Below are positions 1 to 10,009 of a stretch of DNA of 30,379 nt, in pieces (position 1 is the stretch's first letter; the number at the start of each line of letters is the position of its first letter). Source of the stretch: Microcoleaceae cyanobacterium (lineage in GTDB: Bacteria; Cyanobacteriota; Cyanobacteriia; Cyanobacteriales; Microcoleaceae); assembly GCA_051652765.1 (NCBI GenBank), contig JBOFUV010000021.1:1-30379 (forward strand). The letters run 5' to 3'. The translations under genes and the position numbers were made by a program. The notes under the pieces are model-generated. The model was not told the origin of the DNA. It saw only the letters and a list, made by a program, of their open reading frames with translations, and made no database searches.

Positions 1-2190
1 CTCGCAAAACCCTAAATCCCGTGTTCGGGACTGAAACAGTTGCGTAGCCTGACGGGAACCACTCACCAAACGGACTCGCAAAACCCTAAATCCCGTGTTC
101 GGGACTGAAACTCGTCATGAAATTCAACTCCGCGAATCGGGGAATAGGCTCGCAAAACCCTAAATCCCGTGTTCGGGACTGAAACTTCCAATAGGCCCAA
201 CCTTCTGGATTTGGGCTTACATGTCCGCTCGCAAAACCCTAAATCCCGTGTTCGGGACTGAAACTAGCGACTTTATTCTTGACCTCGGACTGCTGACGAC
301 TCGCAAAACCCTAAATCCCGTGTTCGGGACTGAAACGCAACGGGCCTAACTCCCCTTTCTCTATTTTGCACACCTCGCAAAACCCTAAATCCCGTGTTCG
401 GGACTGAAACTAGAAAAACATCAAAAGAATTAGCAATTCTAAAAATCTCGCAAAACCCTAAATCCCGTGTTCGGGACTGAAACCATCTTCGTCAAGTTTG
501 CCCAACTCGTCATAGGCTTTAGTCTCGCAAAACCCTAAATCCCGTGTTCGGGACTGAAACAGATAATGATCTCTCTGTCAATCAAGATCGCTGACTCGCA
601 AAACCCTAAATCCCGTGTTCGGGACTGAAACTTGAGAATCACACTGTCGAATGGCTGCGAGACTTCTCTCGCAAAACCCTAAATCCCGTGTTCGGGACTG
701 AAACTTTCAGGGTCACGCTCGTTTGTTGCAACAAACAGGTGACTCGCAAAACCCTAAATCCCGTGTTCGGGACTGAAACCTCACCAAGATCCTAAGCAAG
801 CTCTAGCCGTCAGGCTCGCAAAACCCTAAATCCCGTGTTCGGGACTGAAACCTGTTCAACGGATTAGACAAACAGCTCTGCTTAGCTCGCAAAACCCTAA
901 ATCCCGTGTTCGGGACTGAAACAAAACGGCCGACACCGGTTGAAAACACTCAGATACTCATCTCGCAAAACCCTAAATCCCGTGTTCGGGACTGAAACAT
1001 TTCAAATCAAATTTAAGAAGGAATATTCATCGGCATACTCGCAAAACCCTAAATCCCGTGTTCGGGACTGAAACTTTCACATTGATTTACGATATTCTCC
1101 ATGGCAAATATCTCGCAAAACCCTAAATCCCGTGTTCGGGACTGAAACACGACCATAGCAAAAGAATATCTAGTAGGTGCAACTCGCAAAACCCTAAATC
1201 CCGTGTTCGGGACTGAAACGTTACGGAAAGTGGCGCATATGATCTGACGGCTCCCATCTCGCAAAACCCTAAATCCCGTGTTCGGGACTGAAACAAGGCT
1301 AGAGCTTTGTCATTGTGAAGCTCGTATTGCTCGCAAAACCCTAAATCCCGTGTTCAGGACTGAAACAACTTGAGAAGGCATCTAAAGATTTGGAGTCTAT
1401 TGACTCGCAAAACCCTAAATCCCGTGTTCGGGACTGAAACCCTGTATTCGATTGACTCTCGGAATTGATCCCAGAACTCGCAAAACCCTAAATCCCGTGT
1501 TCGGGACTGAAACATCTCTCTCTTAGATGCCCTCAATGAGGAAGGTGAGTTTGCTCGCAAAACCCTAAATCCCGTGTTCGGGACTGAAACATGTGATAAT
1601 CAGCTAATGCGGGTGCGCCTGCCAACCTCGCAAAACCCTAAATCCCGTGTTCGGGACTGAAACAAATGCCTGTGTGATTTTCGCGAATCCACAGGCGTGA
1701 TCTCGCAAAACCCTAAATCCCGTGTTCGGGACTGAAACATGTGCCGCCTTTTCTAGATTTTTGGCGACATGCACTCGCAAAACCCTAAATCCCGTGTTCG
1801 GGACTGAAACTCCCCTGCGGCCCTTGCGGCCCCTGAAGGGTTCGGGTCGTGCTGACTCGCAAAACCCTAAATCCCGTGTTCGGGACTGAAACTGTTATCG
1901 TCAATTACCTCAACAGTCTCGTTCACGTAGCTCGCAAAACCCTAAATCCCGTGTTCGGGACTGAAACAAGGTAAGCGATCACTTCTTCTAGTCCAAAAAC
2001 CTTACTCGCAAAACCCTAAATCCCGTGTTCGGGACTGAAACTCTCCCAAGACAAAGCTCTGTCAGGTTAGTTAGCTGCCCACTCGCAAAACCCTAAATCC
2101 CGTGTTCGGGACTGAAACATGCAAAAACCGTTAAATCGTTTAGAGTTGATTGCCTCGCAAAACCCTAAATCCCGTGTTCGGGACTGAAAC
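1..2190 (+). CRISPR. CRISPR array, 30 repeats (CTCGCAAAACCCTAAATCCCGTGTTCGGGACTGAAAC, 37 bp) and 29 spacers of 34-45 bp; may continue left of the window
   Basis: Repeats counted at 1,75,149,228,300,374,447,524,595,668,743,815,886,962,1038,1112,1183,1258,1330,1404,1477,1554,1627,1702,1774,1856,1931,2005,2082,2154. Hairpin TCCCG-TGTT-CGGGA and a 3' ACTGAAAC handle suggest + strand transcription and resemble cyanobacterial type I-D repeats (subtype is inference). Confidence 0.99.
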
Positions 2191-2247
2191 CTCCGAATGG
2201 AGGGGTGACAACCCAACTATAATGCTTGCTATACTGAAGAAACGCCT

Positions 2248-4773
2248 TCAAACCAATCGTTGTAGAGTTGCAATCAAGACATCCTGGTTGAAGTTCCCTT
2301 TCGTGATGTAAGCATTGGCTCCAGCTTCGGCCCCTCGGAGCTTGTCTGCGTCAGAAGCCAGAGATGTTACCAGAATAATCGGTAGTTCACTGGAACCGAA
2401 TTGCTGACGAATTTTTTCTGCAAAGGTCAAGCCATCCATATTAGGCATTTGAATATCGGAGATCACCGCATCGAAGTTCTGGGTACAAAGCTTGTTGAAG
2501 CCATCCACACCGTCAACGGCGGTGATCACTTCATAACCCGCCGCTTCCAGAATGCGCTTTTCTTGGATACGGGTAGCAATGGAGTCTTCAACGAGGAGAA
2601 TGATAGGTTTTTTCTGCTTAGCAACCCATTCAGTTGTCGCTTTGGGGTTGACATTAGGGGCGAACGTTCTGGGCGAGAATCCTTTGCGGACTGACTGGAT
2701 TAAATCTTGGGGATTCAATATCATACAGACTTCTCCGGTTCCAAGAATAGTTGCTCCAGAAACATTTCGCACTCGTTTCAATAGTTGACTTTGAGGTTTT
2801 AGAACAACATCTTGAGCATCAATCAGTTCATCGACGAACAAGCCCACTTGTTCCTCGCCCACTTTGAGAATAATGCAAGGGCGAGATTCACTAGACGATT
2901 CAGTTCCTGAGTGCTGAATCTCCCGGTGTTGAATCGCTTGGGGTTGAAGTTCTAGTAAGTCAGCCAGTTCAGCAACGGACGTAGGCTGTTCCGCCAACAA
3001 AATCGTTGAGTGACCTTCAATGGTGAAAACTTCTTCGGCCTTGATCAAGCAAGTCGTCTGCACAAAATCCACTGGAATCCCATAGGAAATTCCCTGAACG
3101 GCAACGATGAGCACATGAGTCGTAGCCAGAGTTGTCCTGAGTTGAATCCGGAAGGTACAACCTTTGCCGGGGTTAGAACTAACAGTAATTGTCCCTTTGA
3201 GGCGCTCTATATTTTCCCGCACCACATCCATGCCAATGCCACGACCCGAAACCTCTGTTACCGTGGTTCGCGTGCTGAAACCGGGGACAAAGATCAAAGA
3301 TTGAATTTGATTGGGGCTCATTGCATCTAACTCTTCAGCAGAATACAAGCCCCGCCTCAAAGCCGTTTGCTTAATGTTCTCAAGCCCTAGCCCTCGACCA
3401 TCATCCTGAATTTCAATCACAACAGAGGCGGGGGTTTTCTGACCTTTGAGGCAAATCTGAGCAGTTCTGGGTTTGCCTTGGCGTTCCCGCTCCTCTGGGG
3501 ACTCAATCCCATGATCCACTGCGTTGCGGAGAATATGCATCAGCGGATCTTTCATCTCTTCCAGAACTCGTTTGTCTGCCAGAGTTTCTCCCCCCTCAAT
3601 CCCGAGATCAATTAATTTTTGTTGTTGACGGGCGAGATCCCGCACCATGCGAGGGTAAAGGTTGAAAATCGCTGACAGAGGGAGTAATCTCAGGGTTTGA
3701 ACGGTTTCTTCTAACTCAGTGGAGATCAGGTTCAGCCGGGTAATGTCTTCATAGAGAGCGCCTCTGAGTTGGTTCGTTAGTGAACTCAATTGGTCTAACC
3801 GTGCTGTGGCCCGCTGATGATAGTGCTGGAGCTGGGTTGACCTGCCGCCGCTAAGGATGGTAAGACCGTTCTGTACACCAACATCTTGAAAGGCCGAACG
3901 ATTGACAAAGGCATCTCGATTCCACTCTTCCAACCGGGCTAGAATTTCCTCAACTTCGCTGAGTCGATGAGCAATGCGGATTTTTGTGACAGTGAGTTCC
4001 CCCGTTTGAGTCATGAGTGCATCTAGATTGCGCGTTGGAACTCGAATGGTGTCGATGGTATAAGTTGTAGAAGGAGTTGTCTGGGAATCTGGGGAAGTTG
4101 CGTTAGGAACTGGAGCCTTTGTAACGTTGGCTGATGGAGGCTCGGTAGGGTTAGGGGCGATCGCAATCGTAGAGACAGGAACAGCCTGAATCACTGAAAT
4201 TGTAGGACTTTCTGTGATCGCCTGAATTTCAGGGGATTGAATTTCGGTTGTAACGGTTGCCGCAGGTTCAGGATTCTCCGGGGCTAGGTTGGGGCCTTCT
4301 GCGTTTTGTTCATATTGGGTCAGTTCTTCCAGAGACGGAGCTTGGGGTTCAGGGAAATGAGCCACTTCCAAATCTGCTGTTGAGGCCGCCCTAGCACCCA
4401 GGAGATGCGCGAGTAGATAAAAGGTGTTCACTCCGGCGGGTTCTCCAGTCACAGCTTCATGAACCAGTTTTCGCAACCCATCCAAGCCCTGAAACAGGCG
4501 ATCACTCACCTCGGCGGATGGGGGGATTTCACCCCGTTGGAGACTGCCCAACAGGTATTCGATCTCGTGGGACAAGGTGGCTACGTCCTTCACCCCCAAC
4601 ATACCGGCATCCCCTTTGAGGCTATGGGCTTCTCGGAGCAAATCATTGAATGTATAAATGTCTTCAGGGTGCTGTTCTAGATGGAGCAAACCCTGATCTA
4701 AGTTCTGTAAATGCTCCTCACTCGCAACTTTGAAGGCTTCCCGCAGTTCCTCGTCTTCGATCATGGTGGCCAA
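2248..4773 (-). CDS. cheA: Hybrid chemotaxis histidine kinase CheA (HPt-dimerisation-HATPase-CheW-REC); ATG at 4764 is a likely alternative start
   Basis: HPt motif REAHSLKG, HILRNAVDHGIE, DDGRG, FVPGFST...SGRGIGMDVV, CheW domain, C-terminal receiver (LVEDS...SDIQMPNMDG...YITK). Confidence 0.95.
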   Translation of the reverse strand: MATMIEDEELREAFKVASEEHLQNLDQGLLHLEQHPEDIYTFNDLLREAHSLKGDAGMLGVKDVATLSHEIEYLLGSLQRGEIPPSAEVSDRLFQGLDGLRKLVHEAVTGEPAGVNTFYLLAHLLGARAASTADLEVAHFPEPQAPSLEELTQYEQNAEGPNLAPENPEPAATVTTEIQSPEIQAITESPTISVIQAVPVSTIAIAPNPTEPPSANVTKAPVPNATSPDSQTTPSTTYTIDTIRVPTRNLDALMTQTGELTVTKIRIAHRLSEVEEILARLEEWNRDAFVNRSAFQDVGVQNGLTILSGGRSTQLQHYHQRATARLDQLSSLTNQLRGALYEDITRLNLISTELEETVQTLRLLPLSAIFNLYPRMVRDLARQQQKLIDLGIEGGETLADKRVLEEMKDPLMHILRNAVDHGIESPEERERQGKPRTAQICLKGQKTPASVVIEIQDDGRGLGLENIKQTALRRGLYSAEELDAMSPNQIQSLIFVPGFSTRTTVTEVSGRGIGMDVVRENIERLKGTITVSSNPGKGCTFRIQLRTTLATTHVLIVAVQGISYGIPVDFVQTTCLIKAEEVFTIEGHSTILLAEQPTSVAELADLLELQPQAIQHREIQHSGTESSSESRPCIILKVGEEQVGLFVDELIDAQDVVLKPQSQLLKRVRNVSGATILGTGEVCMILNPQDLIQSVRKGFSPRTFAPNVNPKATTEWVAKQKKPIILLVEDSIATRIQEKRILEAAGYEVITAVDGVDGFNKLCTQNFDAVISDIQMPNMDGLTFAEKIRQQFGSSELPIILVTSLASDADKLRGAEAGANAYITKGNFNQDVLIATLQRLV

Positions 4774-4792
4774 ATAAAATATTAGATCAGTA

Positions 4793-4867
4793 TTAAACGT
4801 TACACAATTAAACCTGGCATAGTTAAACCTGACAGAGTTAAACCTGACAGAGTTAAACGTTATACGG
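4793..4867. repeat. Five tandem 15-bp units (TTAAAC-N9) between mcp and cheA
   Basis: TTAAAC at 4793, 4808, 4823, 4838, 4853; units 3 and 4 identical (TTAAACCTGACAGAG). Confidence 0.85.
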
Positions 4868-6314
4868 TTGATTGAAGTTCAGAGGCGACTTGGTTCAATT
4901 GTTGCACACCCAAACGAGTCTGACTAATGCCGTTGGCTGTTTCTGCCGCCCCTTGATTGAGAGCACCCATGGCTTCTAAAACTTGACCAATGGCGATCGC
5001 CTGTTGCTTAACATTAAGGGAAATTTGTTGGTTACTAATGACGACGTTATTAACCGCTTCTGCGACCCCAGCAAAAGCATTCGAGGTTTGTTGAGACATG
5101 GCTACCCCAGATTGAACTGTTTTTGTGCCTTCTTCTGTTACCATTACAGTTGAATTAATGGCACTCTGAATATCAGAAACCAGAATGTTAATGCGTTGGG
5201 CAGATTTCTGGCTTTCATCAGAAAGCTTACGAATTTCTGCAGCAACAACGGAAAAACCTTTGCCATGATCTCCCGCTCGTACCGCTTCAACGGCAGCATT
5301 CAAAGCTAGCATATTGGTCTGATTTGCCAGGGAACTTACCAACTGAGAAATACTGCCGATTTGATTGGTTTGTTCACTTAAACGAATAATTTGTTGGGCG
5401 ATCGCTTCAACTTTGTCCTGTAAATCTCTCATCCCTGTTAGCGTCATTGCAACAGCTTGTGAACCACTTTCTGCTAATGTCAAAGCATGTCTAGCTCCAA
5501 TGGCGGCAGACTCTGCCTGTTCTGCCGTGGACTGGGAAGAGGCACTGAGTTCATCCATCGTTGCTGTCGTTTGGTTAACCGCCGCAGCCTGTTGAGCAAT
5601 GGTTTGTTCTTGTTGTTCGGTAACAATCGCGATCTGCGAAGAACTGTCTAAAACTTGTTGGATCGTCTCTCTTAATGTTTTGGCAATTGACCGACTGAAA
5701 AAGTAACCAATGGGCGAAGCCACCAGAATTGCGAGCAACACTAATAAGCTAAATAACCAAAGCGTTCGGCGATAGATAGCATCTGCTTTTTCGCGTTCCA
5801 AAGCCCCATCTTTAAGCTGTTGCTCAATTAGTTCTTGAATCTTGTTAGTGACTGGATCAATGACTGTATACAAAGAGCCATCAAATGCAGACCATCTTGC
5901 CTTATTTCCTGAGGCAAAAGCTTGCTCAAGCCGATTAATTTCTTCATTAGCAGCATTCAGCAAAGGTTCTATTTCTGCAACCAGTTTTTCCTCTTCCTGT
6001 GAAAGAGAAACTTGATTAAAAGCTTGCCAACTTTGATCAATGTCCTGCTGTGCTTGATTAACAGAAGCCAAGGCTAGTTCTGAAGTTAATAAACCTGCAT
6101 TGGCTTTATTAACAGCATCAATAATCTTAATTCCATAGTCATCTGAAATCGACTTCAATGTTTTAAGGTGAAACAAATTATCATCATAAATTACTGCCAC
6201 TTGCCGATGAAGTTGATTAAATGCATAAAGAGAGTAACCGCCAATCGCAAGCAGAATTGCAGCAGGGATCAGAAAAAAACCGCAATAAAGTTTGGTGCTT
6301 AGTTTTAGACCCAT
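4860..6314 (-). CDS. Methyl-accepting chemotaxis protein with periplasmic four-helix-bundle sensor; likely start MGLKLSTK at 6314 (ORF open to 6395)
   Basis: Two TM segments; signalling hairpin [33 protein letters not shown]. Confidence 0.95.
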   Translation of the reverse strand: MGLKLSTKLYCGFFLIPAAILLAIGGYSLYAFNQLHRQVAVIYDDNLFHLKTLKSISDDYGIKIIDAVNKANAGLLTSELALASVNQAQQDIDQSWQAFNQVSLSQEEEKLVAEIEPLLNAANEEINRLEQAFASGNKARWSAFDGSLYTVIDPVTNKIQELIEQQLKDGALEREKADAIYRRTLWLFSLLVLLAILVASPIGYFFSRSIAKTLRETIQQVLDSSSQIAIVTEQQEQTIAQQAAAVNQTTATMDELSASSQSTAEQAESAAIGARHALTLAESGSQAVAMTLTGMRDLQDKVEAIAQQIIRLSEQTNQIGSISQLVSSLANQTNMLALNAAVEAVRAGDHGKGFSVVAAEIRKLSDESQKSAQRINILVSDIQSAINSTVMVTEEGTKTVQSGVAMSQQTSNAFAGVAEAVNNVVISNQQISLNVKQQAIAIGQVLEAMGALNQGAAETANGISQTRLGVQQLNQVASELQSTV

Positions 6315-6408
6315 TATTTTAGACTCATTATTTTTTTGACCGGCAAATCCAAGAGATATAGACAACTTTCTCGATTGTAGGTGAAAGCTGTACATTTTCT
6401 CAAACTAT

Positions 6409-7476
6409 TTAGACTTCTGCGTTAACGACAAGTTCTCCGCCCATAATTATTTTCTTTAAATCAAGTAGCGTCATCACATGATCGCAGTATGAAGCCGCTC
6501 CTTGAAAGTATTCAGTTTCTTTACTACAGACAGAGATTGGCACAGCTTTAACCATGGCTGGATCGAGATAAACAATATCAAAAATATCATCTACATTGAT
6601 TCCAGCAACAACATTATCTACCTGAATAATCATGACTCTCCTTAGGTGTTTAATAGATCTTAAAGGCAGCTTAAGCACACCGCAGAGATCAACTAACGTC
6701 ACGATTTCACCCCGAAGATTCATATTGCCAATAATGTGACTTGGTGTACAAGGAATCGGTGTAACTTTTTTCGTCTCAGTAAACTCTCGGATTAGATTCA
6801 AGGGTACTCCAAAATACTCCCCATGAAGTCCAATAACAGCGATTGGAGCTTTTCCTAAAATATCTTTTTCTTGATTTTTTTTAATTAAATTATTTGCTCT
6901 TTCATGAAAGATGGCTTTTTCTTCTGAAGTGGCGTTTGGGCAAAATTCTAGAGTTCTTAAGTTTATTTGGGCGCTCGCATCGCTCTCAGAATATTGTAAG
7001 CCTTTCGGATTTTGCGAATTGAGTCTAGTTTGAGTCAATGCTTTTACGTCTACCAGGGTAATCACTCGATTTTCAATCTGAGTGATTCCCTTAAAAAAGG
7101 AAATGTTAGAGTAATCTAGTTCTGATTTTTTAGGACTTTCAAATGAAGGATTTAAAAAGGTATTGGTAATTGCTGTTCCTGCAATATTTTCTAAATATTC
7201 GACTTGACTGACCAACAGTCCAAGTTGAATATTTTGATGGGCGATTACGATCACAGTATCAGTTAAAGTATAGTTCAAATTAAGAGTGGTAAAATAGGCG
7301 TTAAAATCAAAAACAGGCAGTAGTTCACCCCGAAGATTGATTGCCCCAACAATTCCTTTCGGAGCATTTAGAATCGGTGTAAATTCAGGAAGAAAGAAGA
7401 TTTCGTGAACCGCAGCAGCTTCAATTCCGTAGATCAAGTAACCAATTCTAAAAACAAGATAGGGATGAATTTTCAT
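6409..7476 (-). CDS. cheW: CheW protein with two tandem CheW domains
   Basis: Two copies of the G-x-x-NLRGE motif (GAINLRGELLPV; GNMNLRGEIVTLVDL). Confidence 0.92.
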   Translation of the reverse strand: MKIHPYLVFRIGYLIYGIEAAAVHEIFFLPEFTPILNAPKGIVGAINLRGELLPVFDFNAYFTTLNLNYTLTDTVIVIAHQNIQLGLLVSQVEYLENIAGTAITNTFLNPSFESPKKSELDYSNISFFKGITQIENRVITLVDVKALTQTRLNSQNPKGLQYSESDASAQINLRTLEFCPNATSEEKAIFHERANNLIKKNQEKDILGKAPIAVIGLHGEYFGVPLNLIREFTETKKVTPIPCTPSHIIGNMNLRGEIVTLVDLCGVLKLPLRSIKHLRRVMIIQVDNVVAGINVDDIFDIVYLDPAMVKAVPISVCSKETEYFQGAASYCDHVMTLLDLKKIIMGGELVVNAEV

Positions 7477-7478
7477 AG

Positions 7479-7503
7479 TTAGTCTCCATAATTAGTCTCC
7501 ATA
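7479..7503 (-). promoter_or_regulatory. Duplicated ribosome-binding region upstream of cheW
   Basis: Minus strand TATGGAGACTAA-T-TATGGAGACTAA-CT-ATG: a 12-bp direct repeat, each copy containing GGAG. Confidence 0.6.
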
Positions 7504-7526
7504 TAATAAACTACTCTAAAAAGCAA

Positions 7527-8960
7527 TTAGGAATTTATTATAGTTTCAATGGAAGCTGTAAGTTCAGCAACTGTAATTTCTCCAGCATATTCAACCTGAC
7601 TTGTATTCGGTAGTTTTCGCAGTAGCTCTAAAGCCGTTTTATAGAGCTTTAGAGCTTTTTCAAAATTATCTTCCTGTTCCAAAATCGCTGCCATTTTAGT
7701 ATATGCAAGGATGGCTGAAGATGAAAATCCAGCCAAATAAATAATCCGTTGGGCAAGTGTTTTAGCTTTTTCCATATCACCTGTTTCATCAGCAATGTTT
7801 AACATTAGATACCAGGGTAAAATAGAGAAGGAGTTAATCTGCAAGGCTTTTTCGCAGTGAAAATTAGCCTGGGAATATTGACCTAGATTGGCATGAACTT
7901 CAGCTAAAAGGCAGTGAATTTCAAAGTTATCAGAGTTATTTTTAATAACCTGATCGGCGGCTTGAATAGCCTCAGCATATCGTTTTTGTTGAACAAGTTG
8001 ATCAATAAACCTGGATTCAGTTGCCGGACTGAGTGAATGAGTTGCAAGAAAACTCTCTGTTCCTGGAGGACTGATCGGCTGAAAACTTGACTGAATAATA
8101 TCAGACTTTGGTGGGATGCTAGACGCTGAACTCGGCTCACGTTGGTAGATCACTGATTCCGGAAAAACCACAATTTTAAATGGATTATTAACAAGTTGTT
8201 GAATCTCAGCATGACCTGTGATCAAATATCCTTCTGGGCACAGAACTTGATGGAACTTGCAAATCACTTGATTAATATAGTTTTTATCAAAATAAATTAG
8301 GACATTTCTGCAAAGAATAAGGTCAAGATCTTGCAAAAGGTGAGCTTGACTAAAAGCATCTCCAATCAAGTTGAACTTGGAAAATTTAACAGAGTTTTGG
8401 ACTTTAGGATTGATTTTCCAGGAATCACCATAAGGGTGAAAATATTGGGCTTGAATATCAGGATCAACTCCTCGAAATGACCAAGAGTTATAGATTCCAG
8501 CTTGTGCCTTCTCCAGAACGAGGGGATTGATATCAGTACCCATAATAAGAATCTGCCATTGCTGCCAGTTTGGGAGAAGTTGTTGGAGCAGAATCGACAG
8601 GGAATAGGGTTCTTCTCCGGTGGAACATCCGGCACTCCAAATCCGCATAGTTTTTGTTAGTTTGCGTCGATCAATAATTTCAGGAAGAATAGTTTGCCCT
8701 AGGAGTTTAAATTGACCTGCATCTCGAAAAAAATAACTTTCAGCCGTTGTTAATAATGGAATCAATTGATTCCACTCCATTTGACTGGCTTGGAGATTGG
8801 CTTGGAGTAGAGTGTAGTAATCTTCCGAGCTAGATAGATTCAGCGCTCGAATTCGGGATTGGATTTTCTGAGAAAAACTTGCATAGTCTTTAGGTCGAAT
8901 GTAGCCGCCAATTCGATCCGAGACGAGCTGGATAAATTTTTTCAGCAGAATTTGATCCAT
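7527..8960 (-). CDS. cheR: CheR protein-glutamate O-methyltransferase with C-terminal TPR region
   Basis: ESYFFRD, RIWSAGCSTGEEPYS, GTDIN, DLILCRNVLIYF, GHAE; helical TPR-like C-terminus. Confidence 0.95.
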   Translation of the reverse strand: MDQILLKKFIQLVSDRIGGYIRPKDYASFSQKIQSRIRALNLSSSEDYYTLLQANLQASQMEWNQLIPLLTTAESYFFRDAGQFKLLGQTILPEIIDRRKLTKTMRIWSAGCSTGEEPYSLSILLQQLLPNWQQWQILIMGTDINPLVLEKAQAGIYNSWSFRGVDPDIQAQYFHPYGDSWKINPKVQNSVKFSKFNLIGDAFSQAHLLQDLDLILCRNVLIYFDKNYINQVICKFHQVLCPEGYLITGHAEIQQLVNNPFKIVVFPESVIYQREPSSASSIPPKSDIIQSSFQPISPPGTESFLATHSLSPATESRFIDQLVQQKRYAEAIQAADQVIKNNSDNFEIHCLLAEVHANLGQYSQANFHCEKALQINSFSILPWYLMLNIADETGDMEKAKTLAQRIIYLAGFSSSAILAYTKMAAILEQEDNFEKALKLYKTALELLRKLPNTSQVEYAGEITVAELTASIETIINS

Positions 8961-9152
8961 CAAAAATTTGAGGTTAACAGTCTAGAATGTCAGGATACAG
9001 AGCTTAGACGATTTTTTTATAGGTAACCTAGCTAAGGCCGCTGTTTGCGGTATCGTTATGTTTGCGTTCATCTACGAGATCACCGTATCGGATTATAATT
9101 TCTTTCAGATTTAAGACTCAAACGGCTGTTAATGATTGCGGGTGTAAGTGGG

Positions 9153-9848
9153 TTATTGTGCGATTAGCTTACGCCCTCCATATACAGAAAAATTGTAGTA
9201 TTTCCAAACAACATCAACTTCTGCAAAACCAATAGTTTGCAGCCAAGCTAATTGACTCATTAGACTAGCCGGATGATCTTCGTTGTAGTGCCGAGGTATC
9301 CACTTTTGTTCAATTTCCTCTACCGAAACTTGCAGACGCATGTACTCTTGCCATTTCTCCAGATAACGCTCTTGGAGATCAGAACTAGAGCCTAAAATCA
9401 CATCAGCATTATAAAAAACACCACCCAGATTTAGACAATCATAAATCTTTTTGTAAAGCCTAATTTTGTCATCATCACTCACTAAATGATGCAGAGCAAG
9501 TGAGGAGACAACGACATCATAGGTTGTATCGAACTCATAGTTTTCAAGATTTGCAAGCTGATAACGCAAATTATCTCCAGCATCACCAAGTTTTGCCTTT
9601 GCTATCTGCAACATCTTCTCCGCAATATCAACGCAGGTAATTTGAGCTTGAGGATAAAGACCTTTAATTCGTTGTGCAATTGTTCCTGTTCCACACCCAA
9701 GATCAACTACACGAATAGATTGGAACGGATTGAATGGCAGTACCGTAATGAGGGCATCAAGCATTTGCTCATAGTTAGGAATAAGGCGACGAATAGTTGC
9801 GTCGAACTCTCGAGCTTCTTCTTCAAAGTGTTGTTTAACCTTCTCCAC
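9153..9848 (-). CDS. Class I SAM-dependent methyltransferase (GTG start)
   Basis: VVDLGCGTG motif I, VDIAEKML, YDVVVSSLALHHL, LNLGGVFYNAD. Confidence 0.9.
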   Translation of the reverse strand: MEKVKQHFEEEAREFDATIRRLIPNYEQMLDALITVLPFNPFQSIRVVDLGCGTGTIAQRIKGLYPQAQITCVDIAEKMLQIAKAKLGDAGDNLRYQLANLENYEFDTTYDVVVSSLALHHLVSDDDKIRLYKKIYDCLNLGGVFYNADVILGSSSDLQERYLEKWQEYMRLQVSVEEIEQKWIPRHYNEDHPASLMSQLAWLQTIGFAEVDVVWKYYNFSVYGGRKLIAQ

Positions 9849-10009
9849 TATAACCCCTTTTCAGTTAACGACAAGCTTACATTGATGGCTAGTATGAAAT
9901 GCAGACAAGAACGCTGCAGATCTAGATGTACATTTAACAGTCTTTCCCGGATCTTACTTGTAGCAAATACCTGAGTATTTCATATCACTCTAACAGATGG
10001 CTTTGCAAC

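Noticed and set aside
1049..1560. Two minus-strand ORFs (71 and 68 aa)
   Set aside because: Translations of CRISPR repeats and spacers
2218..2235. TATAAT and TGCTATACT -10-like boxes after the array
   Set aside because: No supporting -35 or downstream gene on +; would only give cheA antisense RNA, untestable here
2119..2270. Spacer 29 partly matches the cheA 3' end (AATCGTT-TAGAGTTG vs AATCGTTGTAGAGTTG)
   Set aside because: Only about 15 nt with a gap; too short to call self-targeting
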